NCBI GenBank assembly: GCA_011109175.1
Contig: RDEW01000033.1
Coordinates: 434,001-498,000, forward strand
Direction: 5' to 3'
DNA: 64,000 nt
Source: Dicyema japonicum
Lineage: Eukaryota; Animalia; Dicyemida
The position numbers were made by a program, and so were the translations under genes. The notes beneath the pieces are model-generated. The model ran no database searches. It saw nothing but the letters and a program-made list of their open reading frames with translations, and was not told the DNA's origin. How positions within the stretch are numbered: the stretch's first letter is position 1; each line of letters opens with the position of its first letter. Shown here piece after piece: positions 1-11,149 of this stretch.

Positions 1-1028
1 AGGGACTTAAGTGGAGATATAACAATTGTTAATCCTTTCATCAAAATCGCTGGGAGTTGGTAACAGAGACTTTTTCCACCACCAGTGGGCATCAGAACAA
101 AGCAATCGTGCCCGAGGAGGGCTGCGTTTATTATTTGGAGCTGATTTTGGCGGAATGTATGAAGACCGAACTTGCAGTGAAAAGTCCTCATGGCCTTCTC
201 ACTGTGGGGATGATCAGTTCGGCAAAGAATAGGGTCTTGGCTGTCGTCTACTATTTTCTTAAATTTTTCTGATGAAAAATTTTGTTCTTGCTCTTTGTGG
301 TACTTTTCTATGTTTTCCACAGCAAGGGAGAATTCGTCGTCGGATGGAAAATCAACCAGGGGAAAATTTTCCGTGATTTTACCAGTTTTGGGAGCCACGC
401 GGATCGAGGATTTGTTTGATAATGAAGAATTGTGAGGATACGTGAAGTCATCCACTTTGGGAGACGATACGGAAACGTCAGACTTCCTTGAAGTCATAAA
501 TTACTCAAACCAAACTTCGACAAGTTCGCAAAGTTCAGAGAGTCCGTCAGGATCAAGTATTCCGCTGGAACTAAGATTATTGGCTCTGGAAAGAAGCTCA
601 CAAATAGATCTGGAGATCTCCTTCTGATTAAGGGAAAATTAACCTCATTTGACCTCTTGCTACTATTATTAGACGATTCGAAAGATGATACTCGCTTTGA
701 AGAAACGATTTCTTTTACTGGACTTGGAATAGTCATTCTTTCGTTGGGAAGAAATTTTGCAGGTTTTTTGTCCACAGTAGAATTGGCTGAGCCATGGAAC
801 GTAGAGAAATGCTGAAATAAGTGAACACATCAACCGTATTCATATCAGCAACGGATGACACATATGACTTCCAAGGTGGGTGAAAAGGGATTTTAATGGA
901 TCTTCTTTGTGAAATGTCTAAGAGTTCTTTTGTTATAACAAAATCAGTATTTCTGCAGTAATTTAACTATTTTACTTGAATATTACATGTTGGCCGACTT
1001 GTGAATTAATACATTCGGCTAATTGCAT
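1..1028 (-). CDS. BLM: RecQ-family DNA helicase, Bloom syndrome (BLM)-like; 5' part only, gene runs off the window start
   Basis: Minus-strand frame from 486 to 1 reads [56 protein letters not shown] (RecQ motifs 0, I, Ia). An open path from ATG 1028 needs four GT-AG introns: 953-975 (23 nt), 812-834 (23), 624-643 (20), 487-510 (24). BDHCT-like segment [11 protein letters not shown] lies upstream of the helicase domain. Confidence 0.9.
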
Positions 1029-1194
1029 ATAGCCACAAAAGATATTTAAAAAATTGGCGCTTTATTTAAATTGAATTGAAATGAAAAATGAAATGAAAAA
1101 ATTAACTTATTTAATAATCATCTTATAAGTAAAATTTTTCGATAATATTTTATTTAAACAAATTTATAAAAATTTAATGTTATTGTAAAGTATT

Positions 1195-2840
1195 TTACCT
1201 GCTCCAAATACTGTGCAAGCTAACAGCCTTATGAAATATTACGCATCCATAAGTCACAAGGACTTCCCGAAATGCCATTTTTGTCACCTTCGGAATTTAA
1301 TGCCTAAACCAACTTCGTGGATCAATTTATTTACGCATGCCGAGGTCACACATGCTATAAGATCGATGAAGAGATCTTATACGTGTGGTCCTGACGGTAT
1401 TCCGGGAATTTTGCTAAAAAACCTTGGTAATGTTGCAATCAATTCGATTACGTCAATTTTTAATTTGTCTTCTAACATGAACGTCATCTTATGCAAATGG
1501 AAAAACTCACTTATAATACCAATTTTTAAACCAGGAAAACCGAAAACCTTACCTTCTCCCTACCGTCCAATTTCATTAATGTGCGCATTATCGTGCCTAA
1601 TGGAGAAACTCGTACTCTGGAAAATTAAACCCCATTTGCCCGACTGCCACTTTCAACATGGTTTCAAATGTGAGCGTTCAACTACGACACATTTGACTTC
1701 ACTGTCTCAATTTATATCAGAAGGGTTCAACGTACCGAAACGCCATCTGCGGACAATAGTGGTTTCCCTGGATATCCAGAAGGCGTTCGATTCTGTCTCG
1801 AGAACATTACTCACGAAGAAGGTTTTTGACACCACCATTCAGACGGATTTGAAAAATGGATAGCCAATTTTCTCTCCTGAAGAAGAGGACGTGTCTGTAT
1901 AGGCCACGCAAGATCGAGGTCCCGTCTCCTACCAAATGGCGTCTCTCAAGGATCGCCCTCTCTCCGGCGTTATTTAACTTATTCCTCAACGCTTTACCCT
2001 GCCCTGGAGGACCAGATTCAATGCTTCTCACTTATGCTGACGACCTAATCATCGCTAGCAGGAACAAATACGTGGGGACAGCAAAATCAGAGCTTCAGTC
2101 ACATATTGACGACCTGGGAGCTGGTTGAAGTTGAATCGTCTCTCCATATCCAGGGATAAATCAACGTATACAATCTTCACCACGGACAGAAAAGAAAAAC
2201 ATACACTGGATTTGAACATTTATTGAGACTCCTTACCACTACAGATTCGTCCAACTATCCTGGGAGTGACATTTGACCCTTTGATGATGTTTTCTCAACA
2301 TGTGAAGAACGTTATGACAAAGGGTCTCAAGAAATTTAATATAATCAAACCGCTCTTGAAGTCCAGGCCGTCACAGGAATGCGCCCTTGTCGTGTTCAAT
2401 CAACTCCTAAAACCGACGATTGAGTATGCTTGTGCCTCATGGGCCTATGGAGCTTCGATATCAAATTCACTCAAGATCAATTCCCTAATTGGCAAACTAG
2501 CACGTCTAACGAATCTACCCCCGATCTTTTCCCCCAATGCTTGACCACGCCGCAATCAAAAAATAATGGCTCCGGCTTCATCGGTCTGTGTGGCCAAGAA
2601 ACAAGTCGTTTCTTCCATTCAAGGCTAGTGGCCTCAAATACACGAAATTTGGGGAAAAACCCACCCCTCTTCAAACTCTAATGAAAGATGATCGTCGTCT
2701 ATTCAGAAAGCCGTGGGTACTTTGGAGGAACACAGGAAAAACCTCTCGATCCTGTTGAGGCGTACCGGGATCACTTAATTAGTTGGATTACTCCTTCTTT
2801 CTTGGTGTTCCCTTTTCGGGATTATTAAATAAATAAATAA
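1195..2840 (+). mobile_element. Degenerate non-LTR retrotransposon (Jockey/I-like LINE), RT region to 3' end
   Basis: GPDGIP, YRPISL, FQHGF, LDIQKAFDSV and YADD motifs across frameshifted ORFs; C-terminus QKAVGTLEEHR...RTGIT* followed by a (TAAA)n tail at ~2826-2840. Confidence 0.9.
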
Positions 2841-2899
2841 AGGGAATTGATAGAATAGTTGTATAGCCTCGATAACACGATATGCACCTGAGGTCATAG

Positions 2900-4810
2900 G
2901 TGTTTGAGGTGAATAGCACAGACACCGTCAGGAACAAAGGGTCGGGTGAGTCTTAGAAATTTTATAGTCTTATGAAGACCATATGGATGCTATATCAAAA
3001 TACTGACGATTCGAATGTAAAATCAAAATTGCGGCTAGAAAGAAAAACTATCAAAACAAAAATAAGAAAAACTATACGCCAGCATAACAGAAATAGAGCA
3101 CTGGACCAGATTAAGAAGATAGAATCTCTCAAGGACAACGCTAGATTCTACGAGGCTGTTAAACAGATAAAGGAAAGAGACCCCATCAACCGATAATGAT
3201 AAGAGATGTCAAAGGAACGCAGATTGTGGACTAAGGGAAGTGGCGAAATTATCGCTGCCCACTTTGGAAAAATTTTCAATCCAAGAACGACACTATCATC
3301 CTAGAACGAGTAAAATTGGACGAGAAATCACACCATATGAAGTTGAAATTGCGAGTTCAAAGTTAAAAAACAACAGGACTCCTGGCCCTGACGGACTCGG
3401 TGGTGAATTCTTCAAATATGGGACCCAAAAGCTGTATGAATGCATCGCTAGGATCCTGAATAAAATGTACTATTATGGTCACACGCTGACCCTGGGAGAG
3501 GATATCTTGATACCTGTACAGATGGCGAATAAACCAAGAGCTAAGGTCGAGAACCTCCGTCCGGTCATATTAACGAATTCACTTCGGAAAATTCTGGAGA
3601 ACATAACATTACAAAGGATGGAAGGACGCCTAGATTCTTTTCTGTCGCTATACTACAGCGGATTCCGAAAAGGAAGATCTACTTCCGATGTTTTGTGGTC
3701 CCACAAGTGGAGATCTTAAAAGTTCAAAATGTCTACAACCATTTTCGGAATCGACATTTCAAAGGCCTTCGACTTTGTTGACAGACAGAGGCTAATACTG
3801 GTTCTGGGGAGTTTCCTAGACGCTTCCACTATCAGAATGACCACCATCCTTCTAGCTGATACATAGTTCACTGTAAGAGTCGGGGGAACCTTGTCTCACC
3901 GATTTGAGACGACTATTGGCACTCCACAGGGAGATCCATTATCACCTATCCTTTTTGTCATATACCTTGAAGCTGCTCTAGGAGAATCAAAACGGATACT
4001 GGGTGAAAAGACAAACATTATTGCGTATGCTGACGACGTAGACTTTATTTCAAATGACAAAATACCGCTCACTCGCTTGATGGAAGAAGTGCCTAGAAGA
4101 CTAGCCGAATAGTTCCTAACAGTAAATCCTGACAAACTCAAGAGGGAAGAAACAAAGACGGAGGAATACTGGCGCAAGTGCAAAAAGCTTGGCTCCCTTC
4201 TAGGAGACCATTAAGAAATTACAGAAGGAAAACCCTAGCACTAACTGCCCTCTCCTATTTAAAGAACACTGGCTCCACAAAAAGGGCCTTTACATTGTGA
4301 CAAAAACTCGATTATACAACTCGCTAGTGAAACCCATACTACTGTATAAGCTGATACCTGGGCCTGCTCAAGAAATGAACTGAAGAGACTTAATGCGTTT
4401 CATAGAGACCAACTACGGCATATTATGTTCGAAAGAAGTGATTCGAGGATATCATCTAATCTTCTTTATAAGAGGACGAAGACCTCAGAAATTTCTAATG
4501 AGATTTTGGATACACGATGGAGGTTTTTCGGGGATATTTTTCGACTGGACCTAGATGCCCCCGCGAACGTAACCATGGAGGATTACTTCATGTTGGAGGT
4601 CCCCCGTTTCCGTGGTCGCACAAGGACGACACTGTCAGTCGTTCACGACGAGGACTTCAAAGAAATGGGACGGCATCTTGGAAGTGGAGAAAATCTTGAC
4701 TGGTTGCGCACTGCGGCTTTGAATAGGAGGAAGTAGATGAAACTAACCAGTGATTTGCTAACTCGTGTTGCACATGCTTTGTCAAGTCCTATGACAGCGA
4801 TAAGTGCTAA
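2900..4810 (+). mobile_element. Degenerate RTE-clade retrotransposon (RT and C-terminal region)
   Basis: TPGPDG, LRPVIL, SGFRKGRST, GTPQGDPLSP and YADD motifs plus RFRGRTRTTL C-terminus; collinear with the near-intact RTE at 58145-61193; several stops and frameshifts. Confidence 0.9.
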
Positions 4811-5582
4811 TAATAATAAAGTATTTTCAAGAAATTGACTAGGACTTCGATGAGACAGTTGAAATTAGAAGAGACCTCAAAGATATGTAGAAGAATAGCT
4901 TTTTAGTAATAGAAGTGGTTGATTGATGTAATTATCTAAAAAAACTTAAATGATAAAATACTATCTTAGAAAAAATAGTACTTCCCAGCAGTGATAAAAA
5001 TTGTCCTACTTAGTTTGTCTTCATGATAGCATAAGGTAGACCTCTAATAATCGAACCGATTGGTGGATATTTAGTAGCCTAACGTGGAAAAAATACAATG
5101 GGACTTAGTATCGCTCACGACCAGTATGAAAATTTCGGGCAATTTTTAAAAATTGCCCGTCTGACTGGTTCACTTGATGCTAATAGAACAGTTTCCATAG
5201 TTCTCGTAAGAATTTCTTTATATTACCAATATGACCCTAGCTAATATCGCTTACACTGAGGTCACGGTTTTACACCCCCAACGGGCTCAAATTTTGATCT
5301 TAAGACGTGACCACGTTGTGAGGCCGGAAATACCCGAATAGGTTTTATCCAGTTCCCCCGGTAGAGTGAGACGCACCCTTTCCAAGTATCCGCTATTATG
5401 GGAACTCCTTTACTGGAGTAAGGAAAAGAGGTTTCCTTTTTTGGGGCTGGCCATGATTGGGCGGTGGATTCAATGACGCTTCTAATAATAGAATTAGAAA
5501 CCCAGAACCCAAAAGTCGGAAAATCCAGGAGGTCGGTTAATTTATCAAAAAAGTAAACAATTATATTATTAATTAGAATGTA

Positions 5583-5973
5583 TTATAGAAGCATTCTTGC
5601 GGGCACACTGTCAGCCAAAGGAGGTTCTGCGAGCTGTTTCTTCTTACGTCTGTACTCCTGACGAATCAGGTAGGCTCGTTCGATCTAACGTCAAGTGAGT
5701 ACAGAACCTGCTTCCTTTTGCTGATACATTCGTTCATATCTTCAATAAAGGGGGCACAGTGAGTCTTTACTTTATTCCTACCCACAATAGAGGCACATTT
5801 ATAAAAGTCTTTTTGAAAGTTCTCGCAAGTCTTTCCTTTGAGGGATATAAAGGAGAACGAGTATCGAGAGTACCAGTTTGAGTAAATGGGAAACATTCCC
5901 AATGGCCCACCTAAATATTATTCAAGAGACTGCCTGTTTCATCAAAATAGTTGTACGGATCTAGAAGCTTCAT
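5583..5973 (-). CDS. NDUFS5: NADH dehydrogenase (complex I) iron-sulfur protein 5, 15-kDa twin CX9C subunit
   Basis: C-X9-C-X12-C-X9-C pattern (CENFQKDFYKC...CAPFIEDMNEC). ATG at 5973, intron 5911-5930 (20 nt GT-AG, or 5911-5933 as a 23-nt GC-AG), intron 5685-5707 (23 nt), TAA at 5583-5585; open throughout after splicing. Confidence 0.8.
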
Positions 5974-6095
5974 ACAACAAAATTAAATATTTAATTTTAT
6001 TAATATTTTTAATCTATGTTTATTTGTTTAGTTTATTATTTTTAATAAAATCTTCTAAAGCTTATGTTCAAAGAGATGTGAGGGATACAATACAT

Positions 6096-6355
6096 TCCTC
6101 TCTCTTTTCCTATTAGAGTGGCGTCATGTGATCCACATGTCTAGGTGACGCCCAGTGCCAGGCCGGCACGAAAAAGGATCATTTGCTCTTCCCCATTTCC
6201 ACTGGAGGGGTTTCCACAACTGCATGTAATGGACGTCTTACCTTTTATGCTGATTCCGGATGGACTCTGTTTCTGTAGAAGTGGAAACTGGATACACTTA
6301 ATTAGTTGTTTACTTTAACTTCTTTCTCGGTGTATCCAGGGTTAATAAATAAATA
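6096..6355 (+). mobile_element. ~260-bp SINE-like element, copy 1
   Basis: Roughly 90% identical by eye to 47715-47973 (minus strand), with the same 5' boundary. The last ~65 nt (CACTTAATTAGTTG...TTCTTTCT.GGTGT...AATAAATAAATA) match the 3' tail of the LINE at 2775-2840. Confidence 0.75.
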
Positions 6356-6359
6356 CATT

Positions 6360-7480
6360 CCACAAAAACGACATACTCCCACGGACCAGACGACATTCCT
6401 GTTATTTTATTAAAAAATCTTGGAGACGGGAGAGTCACGTCGGTTTTCAATTATTCGATTAACCAGAATGTGATACCATTATTATGGAAACAGACAATAA
6501 TACGCCCAATACTAAAACCAGAACGACGAGAGATGACCCAGCGTCTTTTAGACCGGTGTCACTACTATGTTCAATCTCAAAAATCCTAGAGAGGCTTGTG
6601 TTCGGGAGAATAAACGATTTTTTAGCAGAGATGCCTTTTCAAAGTAGATTCAAAAATAAGAAATCCACGTCTACATATTTATAAACATTGATAGACTTCA
6701 TTCGAGTCGGATTCACAACCAAGCCTAGGGACTTAAAAACAGCGCTCTGCTAGATCGACATATATAAAGCTTTTGACTAAGTCTCGAGGAAGATTCTATC
6801 GAGAAAATTATTTCAATCGGATATTCCAGAAAAGCTATAGCTTTGGATCACCAACTTCCTATGGGGACGTGTTTGCCTCGGAGGTCTGATATCAATCTCA
6901 CGTCTCCTCCCAACGGAGTCCCTCAAGGATCTCCTTTATCCCCTGCTCTGTTTAACCTCTTTCAGGCTGATCTCCCGACTCTTGAATCTGATAATGATCT
7001 TCTATTATCCTGTTATGATATTGTGTTGGCATCGCGAGATCAGGACATCCAGAAGGCCTCAGAAAGAATACAAATTAACCTTGACAGGCTTAATGCCTGG
7101 ATAATAAGAAACCGACTCGTGTTGAATGCAGAGAAGTCGTCTACGTCACTATTTACTTCTGACAAAAGATTAGGAAGAAAGACAGTCACCTTGAAGTTAA
7201 ACAAGGTCGGCATCTCTTTCAACAGATGTCAAAGGATCTTGGGTGTGACAATTGATATACATCTCTGTTTGACACCACACGTGCAAAACATTCTATTGAA
7301 ATGCGAGAAGAAACTGAACGTATTGAAAAGTTTATCGGGAATATGGAAGAGTGGTACTCACCCAGTCTTGATGAACGTGTCAAACAGTACATCAAGCCAT
7401 GTTTCTCATATGCATGCGCCTCGTGGAGACCGTCCATATCTTGGACAAGTATGAGAAAAATTGAAGAAATGCAAAAGAGG
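6360..7480 (+). mobile_element. Degenerate Jockey/I-like LINE RT fragment
   Basis: GPDDIP, FRPVSLLCSISKILERLV and GVPQGSPLSPALFN motifs; near-duplicate of the fragment at 18060-18560. Confidence 0.9.
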
Positions 7481-7484
7481 GCTT

Positions 7485-7840
7485 ACTGGCTGAGGCAAAG
7501 AATTGGTATCGCAGTTGTTCGCGGAAACGCTTACTCCGTGATGTCAGCAGCCGCTCTCCCCCATAGTTAATGAATAATATTTTATTGTTAACAAATTTTT
7601 GAAATTAAAAGACGTTGGTCCAATGACGGCTGAATTCTTGCAAGAACTCGGAGGATTGCTTGCCAGAAAGAAAAGGGATCAACGAGATGAGTTATGGCTA
7701 AGACAAAAGAAAGGAATAGCCATACTCCGAGGGAACTCGTTCGCAATCCACGCAGCAGGCTTCCTCAACTGACATTTGTTTAATTGTTAAAAAAATTTTT
7801 TGTTTTAAAAAAAAAAATAAAAAAAAAATAAAAAAAATAT
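7485..7840 (+). mobile_element. Two tandem 5'-truncated CRE-clade retrotransposon 3' ends
   Basis: YWLRQRIGIAVVRGNAYSV* (7485-7570) and LWLRQKKGIAILRGNSFAI* (7620-7775) match the CRE C-terminal QRIS.A..RGNA motif seen at 63296; A-rich tail at ~7805-7838. Confidence 0.75.
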
Positions 7841-8139
7841 ACCTTTATCTGCGAAAATAGTAGCAGACAGGACTATTAAGATGTCTTCGAATTTAACTAT
7901 TCAACAAGTCACTGACCTGAAATTGGATAATTAGATTTCGATAGCAATAGATGAATCATATAAATGACATTGCACGGGTATTTTTTACTGTTATCCTTAG
8001 GTGTCTCTGTTTGTTCGTTATGTGTCCAGAGGCTTCCTTAGACAGGATCGAGAAAGGGATTTATCACACTAATTAAAAAGAAAATTGACATGAAGTGATT
8101 TATTGTATTATCCACTAAAAAACATTATCTGCATAAACA

Positions 8140-8900
8140 TTTCCAGAAGAAATATTAAAAGCGATGGAATTGGTGATAAAGATTACTAACTTCATTATAT
8201 CAAGAGTAATATATTATTTATTATCTATTTAAGGGACTTAACCATCGACTATTGAAATATTTGTTAAAAGAAACGAACAATGAGAATATTGATCTTCTCT
8301 AGTACAACAAAGTTCGTTGGCTCTCGAGGGGAAACGTGCTCAATCGGTTTTCATCGTGTATGCAAGAAATCAAACTTTTTGACGTAACATCAGAACTAAA
8401 CCAACTAAATTCAAAAATTGCAAGAAAGTGGAAATGTCACCTTTTCCATGTTTGAGGAAGTGATATTGTTTGAAAAAAAATTCTGTTTGAAGAGGATATA
8501 GGACGGGATATTTTACATTTCCCAAAATTACCTCAATATTTAGAAGAAAATAATCAAATCATAAATAAAACTTATTTTAAAAATGCTCTTTCATATGTGA
8601 GATAACCCTTTAAAAATATGTTTAAAACTAATTTTTAAATATAGGTTCCATGATTTTAGAAAAAAGAGGCAACTCTATCGTTTGTTATAAATCCTCTATG
8701 TGCTAAAATGAGCACTTTGAATTTATTGCCGATTGAAATTAACGTAGCTGAGTTTGAAATGCAACTATTGGACTTGACATGTAAAGATTTATGGGCGTCA
8801 AAATTTATTCGTCTTTCTGAAGAATTATCGTCAAAATTTACTTGAAATCCTGGAAAGAATAATTATTCTGTAGAATGCAAAAAAAACCGGAGGATATCAT
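8140..8900 (+). mobile_element. hAT (Buster/ZBED5-like) transposase remnant
   Basis: VRWLSRGNV motif at ~8310-8340 and downstream similarity to Buster transposase C-terminus; many stops. Boundaries approximate. Confidence 0.6.
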
Positions 8901-9388
8901 TTTCAGAACTTGGAATTCCCTTCCGGATTCATTTTATGAATTAAAAAAATTTGCCTATGGAATTTTAACAATATTTTTGAAATGATTTCCCTAATAATTG
9001 TTGGACTTTTGATTAGGATAAGTGGTAAGCAAATAAAAGGTGGCTCTTCAATTTTTCGTAATTTCAAAGATGCCAAAAAGTGCCAAAAGTATTTGCCGTC
9101 CCCTGCCTTAGTACATATAGAACAGGATAGAATCATTAACAATCATATACGGCTTTATCCCCCGGATTCTTTCGATTTTGGAATAAACAGAATTAATCCC
9201 CCGGGTCCACCCCCAGAAGGACAACGATGGCTCAATGCGATGTGTAAGTTCTGTGAGGTACGCATCACATCAACCATCCTACGAAGTAACCCCTGGAACC
9301 ATAAGATCAGAAAATAAGTGACAATAAACTATCCCCCAGCCATTTTTACAGTTAATGAGAGCTTTAGAATAAAAAGGAATATATCTTA

Positions 9389-10110
9389 TTATTTCATAAA
9401 AGTCACATTTTTGTGTAAAGGAGATCTTAGGTAGTAAACTCCATTCAAAATGTCCTAAAATAAAGGGGGCAGAACCTCTTTGTAGGTACCAAAGACAATG
9501 AAGAACACGACTGTAATCGTTATAAATAAGAAAATAAACTAAAATGGTGAAAGGTTATACCATCTTCATGGCGATTCTCCAGTCATACACAAGGGCAAGC
9601 CAGTTCATCACCGCTGAAACAGAGAGCAGAGAAGTCAATAGTCCGAGAGCGGTGACTTCCACGCACTTCTCCATGTTATAGGACAATATTTCTTCCATGT
9701 TTGTTTGAACGTACTTCAATGAAGCTCCAAACATCAGCACAAACATAATCTAAGTAAGTAATAGCACTACAGACATAAGGATGCTCGAAATAACGTTAAA
9801 AATTCTCAAAAATTTTAGTCTTTCGTCGAGAAATTGGCTGATGTCATCAATAAAGGCGTCTACTCTGTGCATTTTCACGCCAACATGGAGTTTAGCTTTT
9901 AACTGATCGGTGCTAATTATAATCGAAGACGTAGGAATTCGAATAACCTTGCTCAAAATATTCACTAGGAAAAAATCCAATATGACATTTCAAGGACAAT
10001 ATAAAAATTTTATTGATCCCGCTAATTGATAAATTCCATGAAACCTTGAGTTCGGCTTAGAAGAAAGAAATGGGTGAAAACCTAAGAGTCTTAAGGAATC
10101 CTTGCCTCAG
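9389..10110 (-). CDS. Unidentified multi-pass (about 4 TM) membrane protein; 5' end uncertain
   Basis: ORFs 9750-9980 and 9555-9746 join into one frame by removing GT-AG micro-introns 9750-9770 (21 nt), 9539-9560 (22) and 9455-9475 (21), plus upstream candidates of 22 and 23 nt; hydrophobic helices; stop at 9389. Confidence 0.6.
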
Positions 10111-10362
10111 TGTAACTCAGTTAAGTTCACGTTTGATTTTTTACTCACATTTTGTAAAGCCACTTTATAAAATTGTAAGTGAATTGAAGATCATTTATAT
10201 TTTGAATAAAAAGTGGCAATTTTGTTTAATCTGTGTAATTTTTTTCATGACCTTACTTAAGTTTAGCGATAACTTCTTCCTGAGACTTTATATCTGAAAA
10301 CTAAAGCCTAAAGCTACAAATTCGAAAATAAAATAAGAATCTCATTGCTATGTATTCCGGCT

Positions 10363-10447
10363 GAAGGTTCCACGCATCTTGGGTATGACGAGTGATGACG
10401 TCATCAATAAGTGCTTCACTGCGGATCATTTTTATTATTGTTATTAA
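10363..10447 (+). mobile_element. Short relative of the tRNA-derived SINE body
   Basis: GAAGGTTCCACGCATC...TGACGAGTGA...CGTCATCA...TCACTGCGGA matches 43158-43232 and ends in a TTA-rich tail. Confidence 0.6.
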
Positions 10448-10449
10448 AC

Positions 10450-11145
10450 CAAAAAACCAGCATCATATCTAAAATAAACAAAATTCAGGTAATTCCAGCC
10501 TCCCTCAACAGCCTCCGTATCTTTTCTCGGTGTTCCGACTGCGTTCTTGCGCATTTCCAATATGGACGGGGTCCGCATACTCGAGTCCTTTGCAGGGGTA
10601 CTGTTCCAGTCACCTCTATCATATTTTTAGGTTTCTAGGCAGGATTTCCACTCGGGAATATTTCCTTAGTAAGTTTGCTGCCTTTATTATTATTATTAAA
10701 AAGCACTCCCGAGAAAACATAAAATTAGTTAAGTTTCCCTTGTGCCGTATTCCGAACCATCCTCTCCGTCAGCTTCGACCATGATATTCTGTTGCGCACT
10801 AGTTCTCTTAGGTAGTCCAGGTCGTTCGCCATTTCCATTATAATATCAGATACTGTCCACAGCCTTGTAACGTAGTGAATCAGGTTCTGATAGACTGCAA
10901 ATCCGAGACCATAATGTCGGCAGGCCGACGGGAGGATAAAAAGGTGGAATTTTCCAAACAGTTCTGTATTTTGTCTCTTGTAGACAGCAGACAGAGACGT
11001 CATATTTGGTTAGATCGCATAACAGTTGGTGTTTTTTGCAAGGTTGATCAAGTCCTCTGCAATTGAAAGATCCCAGAGTGAACGAAAAGTCGGTAAGGAA
11101 TACGAATAAGACATAGTACAATGTAGGTGTCGTCACCACCTCAAC
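10450..11145 (-). mobile_element. RTE retrotransposon, degenerate 5' part (APE endonuclease)
   Basis: SFNCRGL...CCLQETK, HYGLGFAVY; begins with the family 5' motif GTTGAGGTGGTGACG at 11145. Confidence 0.85.
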
Positions 11146-11149
11146 TAAT

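Noticed and set aside
4820-5560. Possible host gene between the RTE and NDUFS5
   Set aside because: Micro-intron-like segments exist, but I could not build a consistent frame or recognise homology on either strand.
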